Part shown: positions 8,546 to 18,218 of the stretch, piece by piece | Layout of the letters: every line of letters starts with the position of its first letter | Position numbering within the stretch: position 1 is the first letter of the stretch | Assembly (NCBI GenBank): GCA_040002925.1 | Contig: JBDUDM010000001.1 | Span: forward strand, 1,794 to 65,793 | Direction: 5' to 3' | DNA: 64,000 bases | From: Spartobacteria bacterium | Lineage (GTDB): Bacteria > Verrucomicrobiota > Verrucomicrobiia > Chthoniobacterales > UBA10450 | The notes under the pieces: model-generated | Told to the model about the DNA's origin: nothing | Databases searched by the model: none | The model's input: the letters and a program-made list of their open reading frames with translations, nothing else | Position numbers and translations under genes: made by a program

Positions 8546-9286
8546 TTGCGTCTTCATTCTTACTTCGCGCCGAAAGGCCGCTCGACCCTGGAGGTTTTCA
8601 AAAACTACGAAAACGAGTTGAAAGCAAAGGAAGCGGAAACGCTCTTCACCGGGTCGGGGCCGGAGGAGCTTGGCTTTTCGTTTGACGGCGTGCCGCAATA
8701 CGATTCGATCGACGGTCAGCTTTTTGGCTACAGCCACGTCAATGCGCGATACGGCGCTTACAAAATCGGCGACACCTACATTGCCTTGTACGCGGCGGAA
8801 TTCGATTACGGCGCTACCCATCACCCGATCGAGAAAGGCCAGGCCGCGGTGCAGGTCGATGTCATCGAAGCCAAACCGATGCAGGAAAAAATGGTGACAG
8901 TGAATGCCGGTGAAATGGAGAAACAGATCAGCGACACCGGCAAAGTGGCGCTCTACGGAATTTATTTCGATTTCAACAAAGCGAACGTGAAACCGGAATC
9001 GGAACCGACCCTGAGCGAGATCGTGAAACTGCTGCAAGCCAAACCGGCCTTGCGCATCCTCGTGGTCGGGCACACTGACGGCGTCGGAAATTTCGAAACG
9101 AACAAGACCCTTTCGCAAAAGCGCGCGGAGGCTGTGGTCGCGGCGTTGGCGGCGAAAAGCATCGAAGCGAAACGCATGTTTCCGGTCGGCGTCTCCTTCG
9201 CAGCGCCGGTTGCGACGAATGCAACAGAGGAAGGGCGCGCCAAGAATCGCAGAGTCGAGTTGGTCGAGATGCAGTCGGCGCAATAG
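8546..9286 (+). CDS. OmpA-family (peptidoglycan-binding C-terminal domain) protein; N-terminus looks truncated and the start is uncertain
   Basis: IYFDFNKANVKPES...VVGHTDGVGNFETNKTLSQKRAEAV...NRRVELVE. There is no signal peptide. The only start is a TTG, and the frame is open only back to 8480. Confidence 0.7.
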   Translation: MRLHSYFAPKGRSTLEVFKNYENELKAKEAETLFTGSGPEELGFSFDGVPQYDSIDGQLFGYSHVNARYGAYKIGDTYIALYAAEFDYGATHHPIEKGQAAVQVDVIEAKPMQEKMVTVNAGEMEKQISDTGKVALYGIYFDFNKANVKPESEPTLSEIVKLLQAKPALRILVVGHTDGVGNFETNKTLSQKRAEAVVAALAAKSIEAKRMFPVGVSFAAPVATNATEEGRAKNRRVELVEMQSAQ

Positions 9287-9433
9287 CGGGCGCTTTTAAG
9301 CCGGGCAGTAAACGCACATCCGCGACGAACTTGATTGTCGATCTTGCGCGTGGGAATGCCCCATCGTCCAGATACGGGAAATCATCTTAGTTCTTTTGCT
9401 CGCCGGGCCGAATTGTTAATCTCGAGCAAGCAC

Positions 9434-9967
9434 ATGAACAAAATACTTCTATCAGCAGTGGCCTGCTTAATTACACTAGCGATCATGCAAGGAGCTGAAA
9501 CGCAGAGTCAACCGCCGGTCGGAAAACCGGCGCCGGATTTTAGTTTAACCACGGGCGACGGATCGCAGGTGAGCCTGAAAGATTTTAAAGGGAAATGGGT
9601 CGTCCTTTATTTTTACCCGAAAGATTTCACGAGCGGCTGCACACTCGAAGCGAAGAATTTCCAGCGCGATCTGGCGAAGTACGAACAGGCCGGCGCGATT
9701 ATTCTCGGCGTGAGCGTCGATACGGCGCAATCGCACAAGGATTTTTGCGCGAAGGAAGGTTTGAATTTCAAATTGCTGGCCGATCCCGACACAAAGGTGT
9801 CGACCGCATACGGGTCGACCATGGAGTACGGCGGCGCGAAGATGGCCGCGCGAAACACGTTTCTGATTAATCCGAAGGGCGAGATCGCGAAGGTTTACGC
9901 GGGAGTGAAGCCGGCCGATCACAGCGAACAGGTGCTGAAAGATTTGGCGGAGTTAAATAAAAGCTAA
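9434..9967 (+). CDS. bcp: Secreted peroxiredoxin (Bcp / AhpC-TSA family)
   Basis: Signal peptide MNKILLSAVACLITLAIMQGA, then GKPAPDFSL...KGKWVVLYFYPKDFTSGCTLEA with the peroxidatic Cys motif. Confidence 0.85.
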   Translation: MNKILLSAVACLITLAIMQGAETQSQPPVGKPAPDFSLTTGDGSQVSLKDFKGKWVVLYFYPKDFTSGCTLEAKNFQRDLAKYEQAGAIILGVSVDTAQSHKDFCAKEGLNFKLLADPDTKVSTAYGSTMEYGGAKMAARNTFLINPKGEIAKVYAGVKPADHSEQVLKDLAELNKS

Positions 9968-9989
9968 TAATCGATAACCACCCTGAGCG

Positions 9990-10226
9990 GTGCCAACAGT
10001 CCTTCGTTCTGGTCCCTTCCGTTTTTTCTTCTATTCGGCCGATCGCGACGAGCCACCGCACGTCCACGTCCAACGCGATCGAGCGAAAGCGAACTTCTGG
10101 TTGCAACCGGTTGTGTTTGAATCGGGCGCCGGGTTCAATGCCAAAGACCTGTTGGAGTTGCAACAATTGATTACCGAGCATGAGACGGTATTCTTAGAAG
10201 CCTGGCATGACTACTTTGGTTCTTGA
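9990..10226 (+). CDS. DUF4160-family small protein
   Basis: 78 aa; FRFFFYSADRDEPPHVHVQRD is the family hallmark. Overlaps the next ORF by 20 nt. Confidence 0.7.
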   Translation: MPTVLRSGPFRFFFYSADRDEPPHVHVQRDRAKANFWLQPVVFESGAGFNAKDLLELQQLITEHETVFLEAWHDYFGS

Positions 10227-10521
10227 TCGAGATGCTTCTCGCGCCCGCGCGGCGCGAGTGACGGAAGAGGCTGTGTTCGTTGAACTGGCCGACGGCCGAA
10301 CCATCTCAGCGCCACTGGCGTGGTATCCCCGGCTTGTTCATGGCACGGCAACCGAGCGTGCAAATCTGGAATTGATCGGCAACGGAGAAGGCATTCACTG
10401 GCCCGACCTCGACGAGGACCTAAGCGTAGAAGGAATTTTGGCGGGACGACCCTCCCGCGAACGTCCAGAGTCATTTCAGCGGTGGCTGACGGCACGCAAG
10501 CAAACGCGCACCGATAAATAA
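10207..10521 (+). CDS. DUF2442-family small protein
   Basis: 104 aa; VFVELADGRTISAPLAWYPRL...IGNGEGIHWPDLDEDLSVEGIL matches the DUF2442 pattern. It pairs with the upstream DUF4160 gene as in the common two-gene cassettes. Confidence 0.7.
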   Translation: MTTLVLDRDASRARAARVTEEAVFVELADGRTISAPLAWYPRLVHGTATERANLELIGNGEGIHWPDLDEDLSVEGILAGRPSRERPESFQRWLTARKQTRTDK

Positions 10522-10567
10522 AACTTGCCTTTGCCCGATTCAAAAAAGGGGCGCGAACAATTAATCC

Positions 10568-11692
10568 CTATCCGATCTTCTTGCGGAAGCGGAGCGCGCA
10601 GAGAACGAAGAGCAAGATCGACATGATGATGAGGATCATCAGGTGCGGCCAGTACTCCAGGAAGGTCGCGCCGCGCAGAATGATGGCGCGGGCTAACGAG
10701 ATGAAATAGGTCGCGGGCAGAAGCGCGCCGAGTGCTTTGAAAATCCACGGCATGGTCTCGCGCGGGAAAACGAATCCGGAGAAGAAGACGCTCGGCAACA
10801 TGAACGTCATCGACATTTGCAGTGCCTGCATTTGGTTCTCCGCTTTGGTGGCGACGAGCAGGCCGAGGCTGAGCAAAGCAAACACGTAAACGAAGGTCGC
10901 GAAGATCATCGCGAGGACGCTGCCGGCAATTGGCACGTGAAAGAGGAAACGCATGATGAGGAAGAGTAAGATCGACATCGTCATGCCGATGCAAAGGTAC
11001 GGGATCAATTTCCCCAGCATGAGCCCCCAACGGCTCAGTGGACTAACGAGTAACTGCTCGAGCGTGCCTTTCTCACGCTCGCGCACGACCGCCATGGCCG
11101 TCGCGAAGGTTGTTCCGATTTGCAGCACGATGCCGATCACCCCCGGGATGTAAAAATTCGGGCTACGCATGGTCGGGTTGTAGAGCATTTGCGGACGCAC
11201 ATCGATCGGCACACTGCGTCGGCCGGTTTCGCGCATCATTGCTTCCATCGATTGGGTCAGCCCTACCGCCACCGCGGTGTTCAATGCTTGCAATGCCGTG
11301 GTTGAATTCGAACCGTCCACTAACAATTGCACCTGCGCGGAATGACCTGCGTGCAAATCCTGGGTGAACTTCGGCGGGATTTGCAGCCCGGCATACGCGC
11401 GTCCTTTGCGAATCTCGCTCGACATCGCGTCGATGCTCTGGACTTCGCCGACCACGCGAAACGTTTCCGTGTTGACGAAGCGATCGATGAATTGCCGGCT
11501 TTCGACCGTGCGGTCTTCGTTGAACACCACCAGCGCCATGTGCTTTACATCGGTGTCGAGCGCGTAACCGAACGCGATCATTTCCACCAGCGGCGGAAAG
11601 AACATGAAGAACAAGGTCATCGGATCGCGCCAGACGACGATGAATTCCTTGAACAAGATCGCGCTGAGGCCGCGGAAGGGAACGCGTTTCAT
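10568..11692 (-). CDS. ABC-2 type transporter permease
   Basis: 374 aa with an N-terminal TM segment, a large periplasmic loop and a C-terminal 5-TM ABC-2 domain. In an operon with the ATPase at 12016-12975. Confidence 0.85.
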   Translation of the reverse strand: MKRVPFRGLSAILFKEFIVVWRDPMTLFFMFFPPLVEMIAFGYALDTDVKHMALVVFNEDRTVESRQFIDRFVNTETFRVVGEVQSIDAMSSEIRKGRAYAGLQIPPKFTQDLHAGHSAQVQLLVDGSNSTTALQALNTAVAVGLTQSMEAMMRETGRRSVPIDVRPQMLYNPTMRSPNFYIPGVIGIVLQIGTTFATAMAVVREREKGTLEQLLVSPLSRWGLMLGKLIPYLCIGMTMSILLFLIMRFLFHVPIAGSVLAMIFATFVYVFALLSLGLLVATKAENQMQALQMSMTFMLPSVFFSGFVFPRETMPWIFKALGALLPATYFISLARAIILRGATFLEYWPHLMILIIMSILLFVLCALRFRKKIG

Positions 11693-11695
11693 GCG

Positions 11696-12019
11696 TCACC
11701 TCGATTCATAACCACTTCGAGGATCGCGACCAAGAAACGTAGCTTCGGCCCATCCGTTTTTGACCGTCACTAAAATCACAAAATCACTTCCGGGTGTTCT
11801 ATCTTTCCATTGAAACTCAAACTCCCCGTGCCAATCACTCGCTAGCATTGATCCGTCAAAAAGGGCCGGGTTGTAATGAAAGTTTGCGCAGTAGTGAGAA
11901 AATTCTCCCTGCGCTAATTCGCGCGCTACAACTTCCGGTGATCGTTTATCACAGCCGGCCAACAACATGAAAAACGGGACAGCGAAAAGCGCGATGACAT
12001 TCCATTTACGCTTCATCAC
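11696..12019 (-). CDS. Small lipoprotein, unknown function
   Basis: 107 aa with the lipobox LLAGCDK. Its stop/start overlaps the neighbouring ABC genes. Confidence 0.6.
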   Translation of the reverse strand: MMKRKWNVIALFAVPFFMLLAGCDKRSPEVVARELAQGEFSHYCANFHYNPALFDGSMLASDWHGEFEFQWKDRTPGSDFVILVTVKNGWAEATFLGRDPRSGYESR

Positions 12020-12975
12020 GCCGCCTTCTTTTGTTCCGCTGCGTGTTTCTCGCTGAGTGTGACGAACACATCCTCGAGCGATGGCCCAATCTCGTGAATC
12101 TCGGCGTGGCTGACTCCGACGGTTCGCAAAGTCTTATCGATCTCTTCCCGCTGCACACTTTGATCGACAAGAAGGTGCATCGATTGCCCGAACACGGTTG
12201 CGCTGCGCACGCCGCTGAGTTGCCGCATTGCCTGCAACGCCATTGTGACGTGATCGCAAGTCACATCGAGCCGGCGCGTGCCGGGCGGAGTGACATCGGG
12301 CATTTGCTTCAACTCATCCGGCTCACCGCACGCGATCAACTTCGACATGTAAATATAACCGACATGCGAGCAGCGCTCGGCTTCATCCATATAATGCGTC
12401 GTCACGAATAACGTCATCCCTTCGCTAGCGAACCCGAAGAGCAGATCCCACAGCTCGCGCCGCGCGACCGGATCGATCCCCGCCGTCGGTTCGTCCAAAA
12501 ACAACACCGTCGGTTTGTGCATGAGCGAACAGGCCATGGCCAGGCGTTGCCGCCAACCGCCGGAAAGCAATTGCGCGCGCCGATCGAGATAAGGTTCGAG
12601 ATGCGTGAGCGCGATCAGTTCTTCGCGGCGTTGGGTCAACGCGCGTCCGCTCAATCCGTAAAGTTTGCCGGAGAAGGTCAGGTTCTCGTCCACGCTCAAT
12701 TCGTCGTAGAGCGAAAATTTCTGCGACATGTAACCGATCATGTCCTTGATCGATTCGGTTTCGTTCACGACATCGCGGCCGCCGATGCGCGCGGTGCCTT
12801 CGCTCGGCTCGAGAATTCCGCAGAGCATGCGAATGACAGTCGACTTTCCGGATCCGTTAGGCCCGAGAAAACCGAAGATGGAACCTTTGCCGACCGAAAA
12901 AGAAACCTGATCGACGGCCGTGAATGTGCCGAAGCGTTTCGTTAAGCCCATGCACTCGATCATCGCGTCGTTCAT
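12016..12975 (-). CDS. ABC transporter ATP-binding protein
   Basis: Walker A GPNGSGKST, signature LSGGWRQRLAMA, Walker B LFLDEPT. Confidence 0.9.
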   Translation of the reverse strand: MNDAMIECMGLTKRFGTFTAVDQVSFSVGKGSIFGFLGPNGSGKSTVIRMLCGILEPSEGTARIGGRDVVNETESIKDMIGYMSQKFSLYDELSVDENLTFSGKLYGLSGRALTQRREELIALTHLEPYLDRRAQLLSGGWRQRLAMACSLMHKPTVLFLDEPTAGIDPVARRELWDLLFGFASEGMTLFVTTHYMDEAERCSHVGYIYMSKLIACGEPDELKQMPDVTPPGTRRLDVTCDHVTMALQAMRQLSGVRSATVFGQSMHLLVDQSVQREEIDKTLRTVGVSHAEIHEIGPSLEDVFVTLSEKHAAEQKKAA

Positions 12976-13047
12976 GTCGATCTTGTCCGCCCGTCCGGCT
13001 CGGACTTGTCGATCTTACGATCAGGGAAGATAATTCGCCCGGAAATT

Positions 13048-14391
13048 ATGCCGGAAAAATTTCAGGATGATTCGCCGCTCGAACGGCGGCTCACGTTATT
13101 CGATACGACGCTTCTCGTCATCGGCGGCATCATCGGCACCGGCGTTTTCTTTAACACTTCCAACGTCGCGCAGACCGTCCACACGCCGGGCTTGATCCTC
13201 CTCGTCTGGGTAATCGGCGGAATCATTGCGCTGATCGGTGCGCTCAGTTTCGCGGAGCTTTCCGCGATGATGCCGAAAGTCGGCGGCAACTACGTTTTCC
13301 TCCGCGAAGGTTTCCATCCGCTCATCGGTTTTCTCTACGGCTGGACCATGTTGCTGCTCATCGTGACGAGCGCTTGCGCCGCCGTCGCGATGAAATTCGC
13401 CGAAACGCTGCTGGCGTTGCTGCCACATTCGCCGCCGGCATCGCCACTGGCGATCAAGATCATCGGGCTCTCCGCGATCTGGGCGCTAACGCTTGTAAAT
13501 TATTTCGGCGTGAAGCCGGGCACGATTGTGCAGAATATTTTCACGTCCGGAAAACTGATTGCGTTGTCGATCTTGATCGGGCTCGGACTGGCGTTGCCGC
13601 GCGTATCGCATCTTTCCCTGCAACCGTTCGCCTCCGGCGGTTACGAAGGAAACATCATCACCGCGATCGGCGCGGCGCTTGCGCCGGTGTTGTTCGCCTA
13701 CGGCGGCTGGCAAAATTCCACTTACACCGCCGGCGAAGTGAAAAATCCGCAACGCACTTTGCCGCGCGCGCTCATCATCGGGATTCTCGTAGTCATCACG
13801 ATTTATTTGGCGGCGAGCGTCGTTTATCTTCATGTGCTCGATGTCGATCTTGTCCGCCAAAGTGGAACGCTCGCGACTGATGTCGCTCAACAATTAATCG
13901 GCAACGCCGGCGCGCGATTCGTTTCCGCGGCCATCGTCATTTCCACGTTTGGCTTTCTCGACATGACCATCCTGACCGCGCCGCGCGTCTTCTTCGCCAT
14001 GGCGCGCGACGGTTATCTCATCGGCCCGGCCGCATATCTGCATCCGAAATATAAGTCGCCGGTTGTGGTGCTGATTGTCCTCGCCGCCCTAACAAGTGTG
14101 TACCTGCTGGCCGGTTCCTACGGCGCGCTTTTGAGTTACGCCACCTTCGGCGATTGGATTTTCTTCGGACTCGCGGTCATGACCGTCTTTACTTTGCGCC
14201 GAAAATTCCCCAAGCTGCCGCGCCCCTACAAAGTTTGGGGCTATCCGATCACGCCCGCGCTCTTCGTCATCGTCGCGTTCACATTCGTCGCGATTAACTT
14301 TTGCTCGAACCAGCCGCAATCGTCCTATGGTCTCGGATTAATTTTGCTCGGCGTTCCCGCGTTTTTTCTGTTCCGACGTTTTAATCGGTGA
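13048..14391 (+). CDS. APC-family amino acid permease
   Basis: About 12 TM segments; GGIIGTGVFF and FAELSAMMPKVGGNYVF motifs. The ORF-track TTG start at 13006 lies within a copy of the 12-mer, so the ATG at 13048 is preferred. Confidence 0.85.
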   Translation: MPEKFQDDSPLERRLTLFDTTLLVIGGIIGTGVFFNTSNVAQTVHTPGLILLVWVIGGIIALIGALSFAELSAMMPKVGGNYVFLREGFHPLIGFLYGWTMLLLIVTSACAAVAMKFAETLLALLPHSPPASPLAIKIIGLSAIWALTLVNYFGVKPGTIVQNIFTSGKLIALSILIGLGLALPRVSHLSLQPFASGGYEGNIITAIGAALAPVLFAYGGWQNSTYTAGEVKNPQRTLPRALIIGILVVITIYLAASVVYLHVLDVDLVRQSGTLATDVAQQLIGNAGARFVSAAIVISTFGFLDMTILTAPRVFFAMARDGYLIGPAAYLHPKYKSPVVVLIVLAALTSVYLLAGSYGALLSYATFGDWIFFGLAVMTVFTLRRKFPKLPRPYKVWGYPITPALFVIVAFTFVAINFCSNQPQSSYGLGLILLGVPAFFLFRRFNR

Positions 14392-14431
14392 TCGTGCTAA
14401 CAATATCGTCCTTGGACTCGCGACGGTGGAC

Positions 14432-14491
14432 TTGGAGGGGCACGCGTTGTCGTGCCCCACTCTCAGGCGCCGACGGCGCGGCGCCCTCCAA
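14432..14491. repeat. Structured palindromic element (outer stem plus two hairpins), copy E2
   Basis: Outer stem TTGGAGGG / CCCTCCAA. Hairpins are GGCACG-cgttgt-CGTGCC and GGCGCCG-acggcg-CGGCGCC. It ends 10 nt before the aminotransferase ATG. Confidence 0.6.
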
Positions 14492-14500
14492 AACCGCGCC

Positions 14501-15568
14501 ATGAAGAAGGTCGCCTACATGGAATGGGTGAAAGTGCGCAAGCCGGTGCGATACGAGCTCGGCGGCAGCGCGGTGATGCCCGTGTCGATTTCCGATCTGC
14601 CAGAAGCTCACCGCAAGATCGACATCAACGATTTCAATTTATACGGCTACCGACCGTTGCTCGCGAAAATCGCCGCGCATTACGGAGTGAGCGCGAAGCA
14701 GGTGGTCACGACGCAGGGAACTTCCATGGCTAACTATCTCGCGTGCGCGGCGGTAGTGAGTCGCGGTGATGAAGTTCTCGTGGAAAAACCGGCTTACGAG
14801 CCTTTGCTCGGCATTCCGCGTTTGCTTGGCGCCAGGATCAGGCGATTCAATCGCCCGTTTCGGCGAGGCTTCCATGTCGATCTTGCCGAGATCGAAAAAA
14901 AGATTTCGAAGCGCACGCGATTGATCGTGCTAACCAACATGCACAACCCATCGGGCGTTCTCACATCCAACGAGGTCCTGCGCGAAGTGCAACGAATGGC
15001 GCAGCGCGTCGGCGCTTATGTTTTGGTCGACGAAGTGTATTTGGATTTCCTGGAAGCGCGTCCGCGGTCAGCCGTTCATCTTGGATCGAACGTGATAGTG
15101 ACTTCCAGCCTAACGAAAGCGTTTGGCTTCGACGGTCTGCGCTGCGGCTGGATCCTGGCTTCGCCCAAAATCGCGAAAACGATCTGGCGGTTGCAGGATT
15201 TCTTCGGCGTAAATGGCGCGGTGCCCGCGGAGAAGATTTCGGTCGCGGCCTTCCAGCATCTCGGACGATTCCAGAAAAGGACGATGTCGATCTTGCGAAC
15301 GAATCGGCCGCTGGTGGAAAAATTTTTGCACGACCACGAGACGGAATTGCGCTGCGTTCTGCCCGATGGCGGCTCCGTTTGTTTTCCGCGACTGAATCGG
15401 CGCGAATCAGCGAGAAAATTCGCGCAACGTCTCCTCACCAAATACGAAACGGCTGTTGCCCCCGGTTATTTCTTCGAGATGTCGCAGCATTTCCGGATCG
15501 GCTTCGGCGGGCCGACGGAAAATCTGCGCGGCGGACTGCGCCAGATTTCCCGCGCGCTCAAACGCTAA
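14501..15568 (+). CDS. Class I/II pyridoxal-phosphate aminotransferase
   Basis: VLTNMHNPSG, VDEVY and SSLTKAFGFDGLRCGW (PLP-lysine motif). Confidence 0.8.
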   Translation: MKKVAYMEWVKVRKPVRYELGGSAVMPVSISDLPEAHRKIDINDFNLYGYRPLLAKIAAHYGVSAKQVVTTQGTSMANYLACAAVVSRGDEVLVEKPAYEPLLGIPRLLGARIRRFNRPFRRGFHVDLAEIEKKISKRTRLIVLTNMHNPSGVLTSNEVLREVQRMAQRVGAYVLVDEVYLDFLEARPRSAVHLGSNVIVTSSLTKAFGFDGLRCGWILASPKIAKTIWRLQDFFGVNGAVPAEKISVAAFQHLGRFQKRTMSILRTNRPLVEKFLHDHETELRCVLPDGGSVCFPRLNRRESARKFAQRLLTKYETAVAPGYFFEMSQHFRIGFGGPTENLRGGLRQISRALKR

Positions 15569-15571
15569 CGT

Positions 15572-16453
15572 CTATTTCACGTTCGGGAAAAATGCATCCG
15601 CGGCCATGCCGGCGCGGAGATGATCGTCGTTGTTAGGCAAACGAATCTTCACGCCGAAGACCTGGCGAACGCGATCCTCCACCGTCTGCACATTGCGCGG
15701 CGTGAATTCCGCCTGGCGATTGATTTGTTCGACCTTCCCTTCGAAATCTTTCCCGCGAAACGAATCAACCCGCACCTGCACGGAATCGCCGACTTTGATC
15801 TGGCCAAGCCACGGTTCCGGCACATACACGCGGACCCAAAGATGATCGGGCAGAAGTAACGTCGCCACTTCGCGGTTCGCCGGCAGCACGTCGCCAACTT
15901 TCACGCTCAGCACTTCCAGAATGGAATCGGTCGGCGCTTTCACCTGCATCTCGGCCAGTTGCGCATCGACATCGGCAAGTTGGGCGCGCGCCTGCACCAC
16001 GCGCATGCGCGCGGCGTCGAGAATCTTTTCCTGCGCTCGCGCTGCGCTCGCCGCTTTCTCGGCGTCGGTGGGCGAAACGACTTTGCGCTTCAATAAATCC
16101 TGCTGGCGTTTCGAATCGTCATGCAAAAAGACGAGCTGCGCTTCCTGCGAATCGGCATCGCGCATGGCCGTCTCGATTTGGGCGGCGGCGAGATCGCGGC
16201 GTGCGGCCAATTCCGCGGCGTCGAGTTGCACGATCGGTTGACCGGTTTTCAGTCGGTCGCCTTCCTGCGCGAAAACTTTTTCAACGCGACCACTCGAGCG
16301 CGGGCCGACATGCACCTCATCTACTTCGATGGTGCCGGAGACGGCGTTACTGCGTTGCTCGCAAGCAGGAAACAAGATCGACAATGCAGCCAGGGCCGCG
16401 CTGCAAATATACTTGTCGATCTTAGCGCGCATCAGCATTTCGGAATCTTGCAA
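15572..16453 (-). CDS. HlyD-family periplasmic adaptor (membrane fusion protein)
   Basis: Coiled-coil segment (AAAQIETAMRDADSQEAQL...) flanked by barrel-sandwich motifs (SGRVEKVFAQEGDRLKTGQPIVQLD; APTDSILEVLSVKVGDVL). The start is ambiguous: Met codons at 16453, 16438 and 16432. Confidence 0.8.
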   Translation of the reverse strand: MQDSEMLMRAKIDKYICSAALAALSILFPACEQRSNAVSGTIEVDEVHVGPRSSGRVEKVFAQEGDRLKTGQPIVQLDAAELAARRDLAAAQIETAMRDADSQEAQLVFLHDDSKRQQDLLKRKVVSPTDAEKAASAARAQEKILDAARMRVVQARAQLADVDAQLAEMQVKAPTDSILEVLSVKVGDVLPANREVATLLLPDHLWVRVYVPEPWLGQIKVGDSVQVRVDSFRGKDFEGKVEQINRQAEFTPRNVQTVEDRVRQVFGVKIRLPNNDDHLRAGMAADAFFPNVK

Positions 16454-16481
16454 TCAATGAGAACTCGGCGAAAGCATTAAC

Positions 16482-16889
16482 GTGAGCAAATCGCGAATTT
16501 TAGATCACATCGATCTACGGGTGAAAGATCTCGCGACCGCGCGACAATTCTACGAAAAGCTTTTGCCGGCGCTGGGATTTACTTGCGACCGCTCCGATCC
16601 GGATTGTGGAACGTTTTACGCAGTCGGCTCGGACAAGGCTTCGGAATTCTTCGCATTTAACGAGGATCGAGATCATCGGCCTAACGGAACTCGAATCTCA
16701 TTCTGGGCGGAGTCGCGCGAAGAAGTGGACCGCGTCGCCAGGCTCGTGCGCGAGATCGGCGGAAAAACGTTAGAAGGCCCGGAACTTTGCGCCGAGTACA
16801 GTCCCGGTTATTACGCTTTCTTTTTCGAAGACCCGGACGGGAACAAATTGGAAATTTGCCATCGCGAACAGCCAATCATCCGCGAGTAA
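16482..16889 (+). CDS. VOC-family (glyoxalase / bleomycin-resistance fold) protein
   Basis: 135 aa; HIDLRVKDLATARQFYEKLLPALGF and YYAFFFEDPDGNKLEI. Confidence 0.75.
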   Translation: MSKSRILDHIDLRVKDLATARQFYEKLLPALGFTCDRSDPDCGTFYAVGSDKASEFFAFNEDRDHRPNGTRISFWAESREEVDRVARLVREIGGKTLEGPELCAEYSPGYYAFFFEDPDGNKLEICHREQPIIRE

Positions 16890-16902
16890 ACGAAACTTAA
16901 CG

Positions 16903-17439
16903 ATGAGCGATCCGAAACATGTGCCGAAAATTTTGCAGCCGCGGCAGAGCGTTCGTTATCTCAAGCTCATCGCGCTTTTCAAAATCGGCAAAGGCTTGCT
17001 CTTGTCGATCTTCGCCATGTCGATCTTGTTCCTAAACTCGCGCGATAACTGGATGGACAAAATCTCGGACTGGCTCGACGCCGAGATCCTGCTGGGGCAT
17101 AGCCGCATCGTTATCTTTGCGCTTAACAAACTCCAGGACGTGATCGCGGGCGGGCAATTGCGCGCGACGGCGTTTCTGATTTTAATCTACTGCGCCGTGC
17201 TTTTCACCGAAGGCATCGGCGTTTATTTGCAAAAGCGCTGGGCCGAGTTTCTCATGATCATCGCAACCAGCGCGTTGATTCCGCTGGAAGTGCGGCACCT
17301 CTGGCTTCGTCCCAGTCCCGGCGCGCTCTGCATCCTGCTCGCGAATTGTTTCATCGTCTGGTTTTTGTATCGCATTCTGAAGCGCGACAAACGCGAGCTG
17401 CCGCAGAAACAAGCGCCCGTGCTGGTCGAGACTCGTTAG
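16903..17439 (+). CDS. DUF2127-like membrane protein
   Basis: 178 aa with 4 predicted TM segments. RYLKLIALFKIGKGLLL near the N-terminus is typical of DUF2127. Confidence 0.55.
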   Translation: MSDPKHVPKILQPRQSVRYLKLIALFKIGKGLLLSIFAMSILFLNSRDNWMDKISDWLDAEILLGHSRIVIFALNKLQDVIAGGQLRATAFLILIYCAVLFTEGIGVYLQKRWAEFLMIIATSALIPLEVRHLWLRPSPGALCILLANCFIVWFLYRILKRDKRELPQKQAPVLVETR

Positions 17440-18023
17440 GGTGGCTTTGGTTTAATGCCGAACTCGCGCAACGCCGCGATGGTCCGTTCCATCGGCAGGC
17501 CGACCACGTTCGAGAATGAACCTTCAACCTGCGAGATAATTTCGGCGTCATGTCCCTGCGCCGCGTAGGCGCCCGCCTTATCAAGCGGATTTATCCTCGA
17601 GAAGTACTTGTCGATTTTCGCGGCGTCGAGCGGGCGGAAACGGACGTGCGAGATTTCGGCGATGATTGTCGATCTTCCGCGAGCGAGATGACACATGAAC
17701 ACGCCGGAGCAGACTTGATGAACGCGACCGCTTAATCGCCGAAGAAATTGCGCGGCTTCCTTGAGATTTGCCGGTTTGCCGAGAATCTCGTGATCAAGCG
17801 CCACGAGCGTGTCGGCAGCGAGAACGATCGCGTTTGGATGATAACGCGCGGCCCACAAACCTTTACGCACCGCATTCCAGACGGTGAGCTCGCGGACGGT
17901 AAGATCGACATGAAACTTTTCGCGAACACGCGGCGAGATCGCGCTGAATACGAACCCAGCTTCGGCAAGCAAGTCGCGGCGGCGGGGAGAACTGGAAGCG
18001 AGAATGAGCGGGGATGTTTGCAC
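17436..18023 (-). CDS. maf: Maf-like nucleoside triphosphate pyrophosphatase
   Basis: LILASSSPRRRDLL, ADTLV, DKAGAYAAQG. Confidence 0.9.
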   Translation of the reverse strand: MQTSPLILASSSPRRRDLLAEAGFVFSAISPRVREKFHVDLTVRELTVWNAVRKGLWAARYHPNAIVLAADTLVALDHEILGKPANLKEAAQFLRRLSGRVHQVCSGVFMCHLARGRSTIIAEISHVRFRPLDAAKIDKYFSRINPLDKAGAYAAQGHDAEIISQVEGSFSNVVGLPMERTIAALREFGIKPKPP

Positions 18024-18069
18024 AAAAACTACTTGGCAGCGAAGAGGTGCGGCGGCAGTTTAGGCGCGC

Positions 18070-18140
18070 GCGGGTGTAGCTTAATGGTAAAGCTGTAGCC
18101 TTCCAAGCTACTGACGAGGGTTCGATTCCCTTCACCCGCT
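18070..18140 (+). tRNA. tRNA-Gly (anticodon TCC)
   Basis: Acceptor GCGGGTG/CACCCGC, anticodon arm GTAGC-CTTCCAA-GCTAC, T arm GAGGG-TTCGATT-CCCTT. Confidence 0.9.
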
Positions 18141-18218
18141 GATTTTCCTACGGAGAATTCATTTGACCCTTGGTCGCCTCGGGTATTAGAACAAGGAGTT
18201 ACATTTTAAGGGGGCTAC

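Noticed and set aside
8390-9283. 297-aa minus-strand ORF
   Set aside because: It is antisense to the OmpA-family gene, which has clear family motifs. This ORF has none.
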